A DNA stretch of 64,000 nt from Candidatus Sulfomarinibacteraceae bacterium. GTDB lineage: Bacteria > Acidobacteriota > Thermoanaerobaculia > Thermoanaerobaculales > Sulfomarinibacteraceae. Position numbers and translations under genes: made by a program. Positions 61,239-64,000 of this stretch are shown here, in pieces (position 1 is the first letter of the stretch; every line of letters starts with the position of its first letter). The notes below the pieces were generated by a model, which made no database searches, was not told where the DNA came from, and worked only from the letters and a program-made list of their open reading frames with translations. Location: contig CAWCLO010000001.1 in assembly GCA_963796455.1 (NCBI GenBank), positions 544,001 through 608,000 of the forward strand, given 5' to 3'.

Positions 61239-61410
61239 ATTTCGGATTCGGAATTTCGGATTTCGGATTTCTGAAACGGCATGTTGCAACGGGAACCGGG
61301 CGGCGATGCTGTGGTGCGCCCTTCAGGCGGTCGAAACCGGGCCACTCACATGATTGGACTCCACAAGATAGGCTGTCAAATTCGAAATCCGAAATTCGAA
61401 ATCCGAAATC
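61239..61410. repeat. inverted heptamer tracts (ATTTCGG)n...(AAAT[T/C]CG)n
   Basis: 61239-61273 and 61378-61410 are complementary, around a ~105-bp core. Confidence 0.85.
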
Positions 61411-62704
61411 ACTTTTTGCCGGCCTGCCAGACGATGTCGCCGCCGACTATGGTCGCCGCCGGCCAGCCCTTGAGGCGCATACCTTCGAATGGTGTATTAC
61501 GAGATTTCGAACGAAATCTGGCCGACTCGACTGTCCGCAGGGCTCGCAAATCGAGGATCGTGACATCCGCCGGCGATCCTTCCTTGAGACTGCCGCCGGG
61601 CAGGTTGTAGGCCTCTGCAGGACCCGTCGACAAAAGGCGAACCAACTGCGTCAGACCGACGACCCGTCCATGCAGCAGGCGATCGATCGCCAAGGGAACC
61701 GTGGTCTCCAGACCCACGATCCCGAATGGTGCATCGGCAAAGTCGAATTCCTTTTCGTCGGCGTGGTGTGGTTCGTGCTTGGATACGATCGCATCCACCG
61801 TTCCATCGTAGATCGCCTGGAGGAGGGCCTCGACCTCGTTCGATCCTCGCAACGGAGGATTGGTCTTCCAGTTTGGATCGTAGTTGGCTCCCGCCACATC
61901 CTCGTCGGTCAGGACAAACTGGTGTGCCGCAACCGCGCAACTCACGGCCACATTCCTTTGTTTACCGACCCGGATCAAATCGAGAGCCGTCGGCGTTGAA
62001 ACGTGGCATATATGGAGGCGCCCCTTGGTGAGCTCCGCCAGCAGAACATCCCGGGCCACCATCACATCCTCGGCCGAGGTCGGCATGCCGCGCAAACCGA
62101 TTCTGGTGGAGACAAGACCCTCGTGCATCGAGCCCGCGTCCGAGAGGTTGAGATCCTCTTCGTGGACCGCGACAGGAATCTCGAAACTCCGCGCATATTC
62201 GAGGGCCCGCCTCGCCAGCAGGGCATTCGATATCGGGTGCGGGCAATCCGACACCGCAACCGCACCGGCCTTGGCCATCTCGCCGATCTCGGCCAGCTCC
62301 TGACCCGCAAGGCCCTTCGAAACCGCACCCACCGGATAAACACGAGCAAGCCCGACCTCGCGGGCCTTGTCCAGGATATAGCCGGTCACCGACGGATCGT
62401 CGTGGACGGGCTCGGTGTCCGGCATCGCACATATTGCGGTGAATCCACCCGCCACCGCCGCCCTGCAGCCGGTTGCGATCGTCTCTTTGTACTCAAAGCC
62501 AGGCTCACGAAGATGGCATTGGAGATCGATGAATCCCGGCGCGACCACGAGGCCCGCGGCGTCCAGGATCTTGGTCCTCGCCGGCGCTTCGACACGCTCC
62601 CCAATCTTCGAGATCTGGCCGTCTTCGATCAGAACATCCATGCCCTGATCGAGACCCTGCGACGGGTCGATGACTCTTCCGTTACGAATCAGAAGCCGCT
62701 TCAC
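61409..62704 (-). CDS. pyrC: dihydroorotase
   Basis: [40 protein letters not shown] start with GGAGG. Confidence 0.9.
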   Translation of the reverse strand: MKRLLIRNGRVIDPSQGLDQGMDVLIEDGQISKIGERVEAPARTKILDAAGLVVAPGFIDLQCHLREPGFEYKETIATGCRAAVAGGFTAICAMPDTEPVHDDPSVTGYILDKAREVGLARVYPVGAVSKGLAGQELAEIGEMAKAGAVAVSDCPHPISNALLARRALEYARSFEIPVAVHEEDLNLSDAGSMHEGLVSTRIGLRGMPTSAEDVMVARDVLLAELTKGRLHICHVSTPTALDLIRVGKQRNVAVSCAVAAHQFVLTDEDVAGANYDPNWKTNPPLRGSNEVEALLQAIYDGTVDAIVSKHEPHHADEKEFDFADAPFGIVGLETTVPLAIDRLLHGRVVGLTQLVRLLSTGPAEAYNLPGGSLKEGSPADVTILDLRALRTVESARFRSKSRNTPFEGMRLKGWPAATIVGGDIVWQAGKK

Positions 62705-63641
62705 TGCGTCCTCCGGCGAGAAGGTAAAGGATGGCCATTCGAATGGCGACACCGTTGGTCACCTGATCCAAGATCACACTCTGATCGCCATCCGCGACCA
62801 GTGAGTCGATCTCGACACCTCTGTTCATCGGGCCCGGGTGCATCACGACCGCGTGATCGTCTGCGAGCCGAAGGCGGTCCGGAGTCAGCGCGAAAAAATC
62901 GTAATATTCGCGCATCGACGGGAAGTTGATCTTTTTCTGTCGCTCCAACTGGATTCGCAGCATCATCACCACATCGGCACCCTCGAGGGCAGGTTCGATG
63001 CGGTGGAACGCCTCGACCCCCAACTCCTCGACGTGGAGCGGCAACAACGATGCCGGGGCCACAAAACGGACCTCCGCACCCATCTTTGACAACAAAAAGG
63101 CGTTTGATCGTGCGACCCGCGAATGGCGGATATCGCCTGCAATCACCACCTTGAGGCCATCGAGCCTGCCAAAACGACGATTCATCGTGAAGGCGTCGAG
63201 CAGCGCCTGGGTCGGGTGTTCGTTGATTCCGTCACCGGCATTGATTACCGACGCGCTGACCACCCCGGCGAGACGGTGGGGGGCTCCGGAGTGAGGATGA
63301 CGGATCACGATGAAATCAGGCGCCATCGCCATCAGATTGCGGGCTGTATCGAAGAGTGTTTCGCCTTTGCTGACCGACGAACTCGATGCCGAAAAGTTCA
63401 GGGTATCCGCCGACAGTCTTTTTTCGGCCACTTCGAAGCTGAACCGGGTCCTTGTCGAGGGCTCCATGAAGAGATTGACGACCGTGGATCCGCGCAGAGC
63501 CGGAACCTTCTTGATGGGTCGGCGTGCCACATCGAGGAGTTCTTCCGCGGTATCGAGGATGAGTTGTATCTCCGGCGCAGCGAGTTGATCGATACCGACA
63601 AGATCCTTGCCGGACAAGGCGGCAGCGGGCTCAATCGGCAT
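62682..63641 (-). CDS. pyrB: aspartate carbamoyltransferase catalytic subunit
   Basis: [32 protein letters not shown]. Confidence 0.97.
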   Translation of the reverse strand: MPIEPAAALSGKDLVGIDQLAAPEIQLILDTAEELLDVARRPIKKVPALRGSTVVNLFMEPSTRTRFSFEVAEKRLSADTLNFSASSSSVSKGETLFDTARNLMAMAPDFIVIRHPHSGAPHRLAGVVSASVINAGDGINEHPTQALLDAFTMNRRFGRLDGLKVVIAGDIRHSRVARSNAFLLSKMGAEVRFVAPASLLPLHVEELGVEAFHRIEPALEGADVVMMLRIQLERQKKINFPSMREYYDFFALTPDRLRLADDHAVVMHPGPMNRGVEIDSLVADGDQSVILDQVTNGVAIRMAILYLLAGGRSEAASDS

Positions 63642-64000
63642 CCGCAACCTCCCTCCCGATCCATATTCCATCAACCTCGTCCACCTCTTTCAGTCGCACC
63701 TGAACATCCTCGTCACGGGTGGTGTCGACCACCTTGCCCACGACATCGGCCGCAATCGGCAGCTCGCGATGACCACGATCCACCAGCACCGCCAACCGAA
63801 CGGCCAGCGGACGTCCCCAGTCGACCAGCGTATCGAGCGCGGCTCGAATCGTTCGACCGGTAAAGAGCACGTCATCTACGAGGTAGATCACGCAGCCGTC
63901 TATCTTTGTCGGGAGAAAGGTTTCCTTGAGGACGGGTTGTTGGTGGGCCGGACGCCACGGTCCGATATCGTCCCGGTACAGAGTGATATCGAGGCGACCA
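63631..64000 (-). CDS. pyrR: pyrimidine operon regulator/uracil phosphoribosyltransferase (5' part outside window)
   Basis: [31 protein letters not shown]. Confidence 0.95.
   Translation of the reverse strand, partial: GRLDITLYRDDIGPWRPAHQQPVLKETFLPTKIDGCVIYLVDDVLFTGRTIRAALDTLVDWGRPLAVRLAVLVDRGHRELPIAADVVGKVVDTTRDEDVQVRLKEVDEVDGIWIGREVADAD

Overview
GC-rich bacterial chromosomal window. Acidobacterial-type VWA/GWxTD proteins suggest Acidobacteriota (inference only). Most of it is housekeeping: argR-argG-(DUF1611-like)-argC, proC, alaS, recX, pilT, nnr-tsaE, a ChvI/ChvG-like two-component pair, pntAA-pntAB-pntB, a carboxyltransferase, a UvrD helicase, thioredoxin, a TatT-type TRAP transporter between two lytic transglycosylases, a eukaryote-type UGPase, tRNA-Gly, tRNA-Cys, an S1-domain protein and pyrR-pyrB-pyrC. 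The most striking unexplained structure is a ~0.75 kb cassette present three times (about 17.3-18.1, 47.1-47.9 and 58.9-59.6 kb). Each copy encodes a 117-aa four-helix-bundle (23S-IVP/bAvd-like) protein preceded by a conserved ~135-nt two-tier hairpin that pairs with the gene's own Shine-Dalgarno sequence. Each is enclosed by degenerate inverted (CAGCGN)n/(NCGCTG)n tracts and sits between convergent genes, with no transposase, integrase or reverse transcriptase recognised in the window. Many other intergenic gaps hold ORF-less tracts of 6-10-bp tandem repeats, often as inverted pairs, including an inverted pair of ~280-bp MITE-like units. Other candidates are a DUF1611/DgcN-like gene coupled into the arg operon (possible alternative glutamate N-acetyltransferase), a GWxTD-VWA/TPR/peptidase-PD40-Omp85 envelope cluster, and two tandem secreted kinase-like proteins. 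All family assignments are by eye from motifs; no searches were run.
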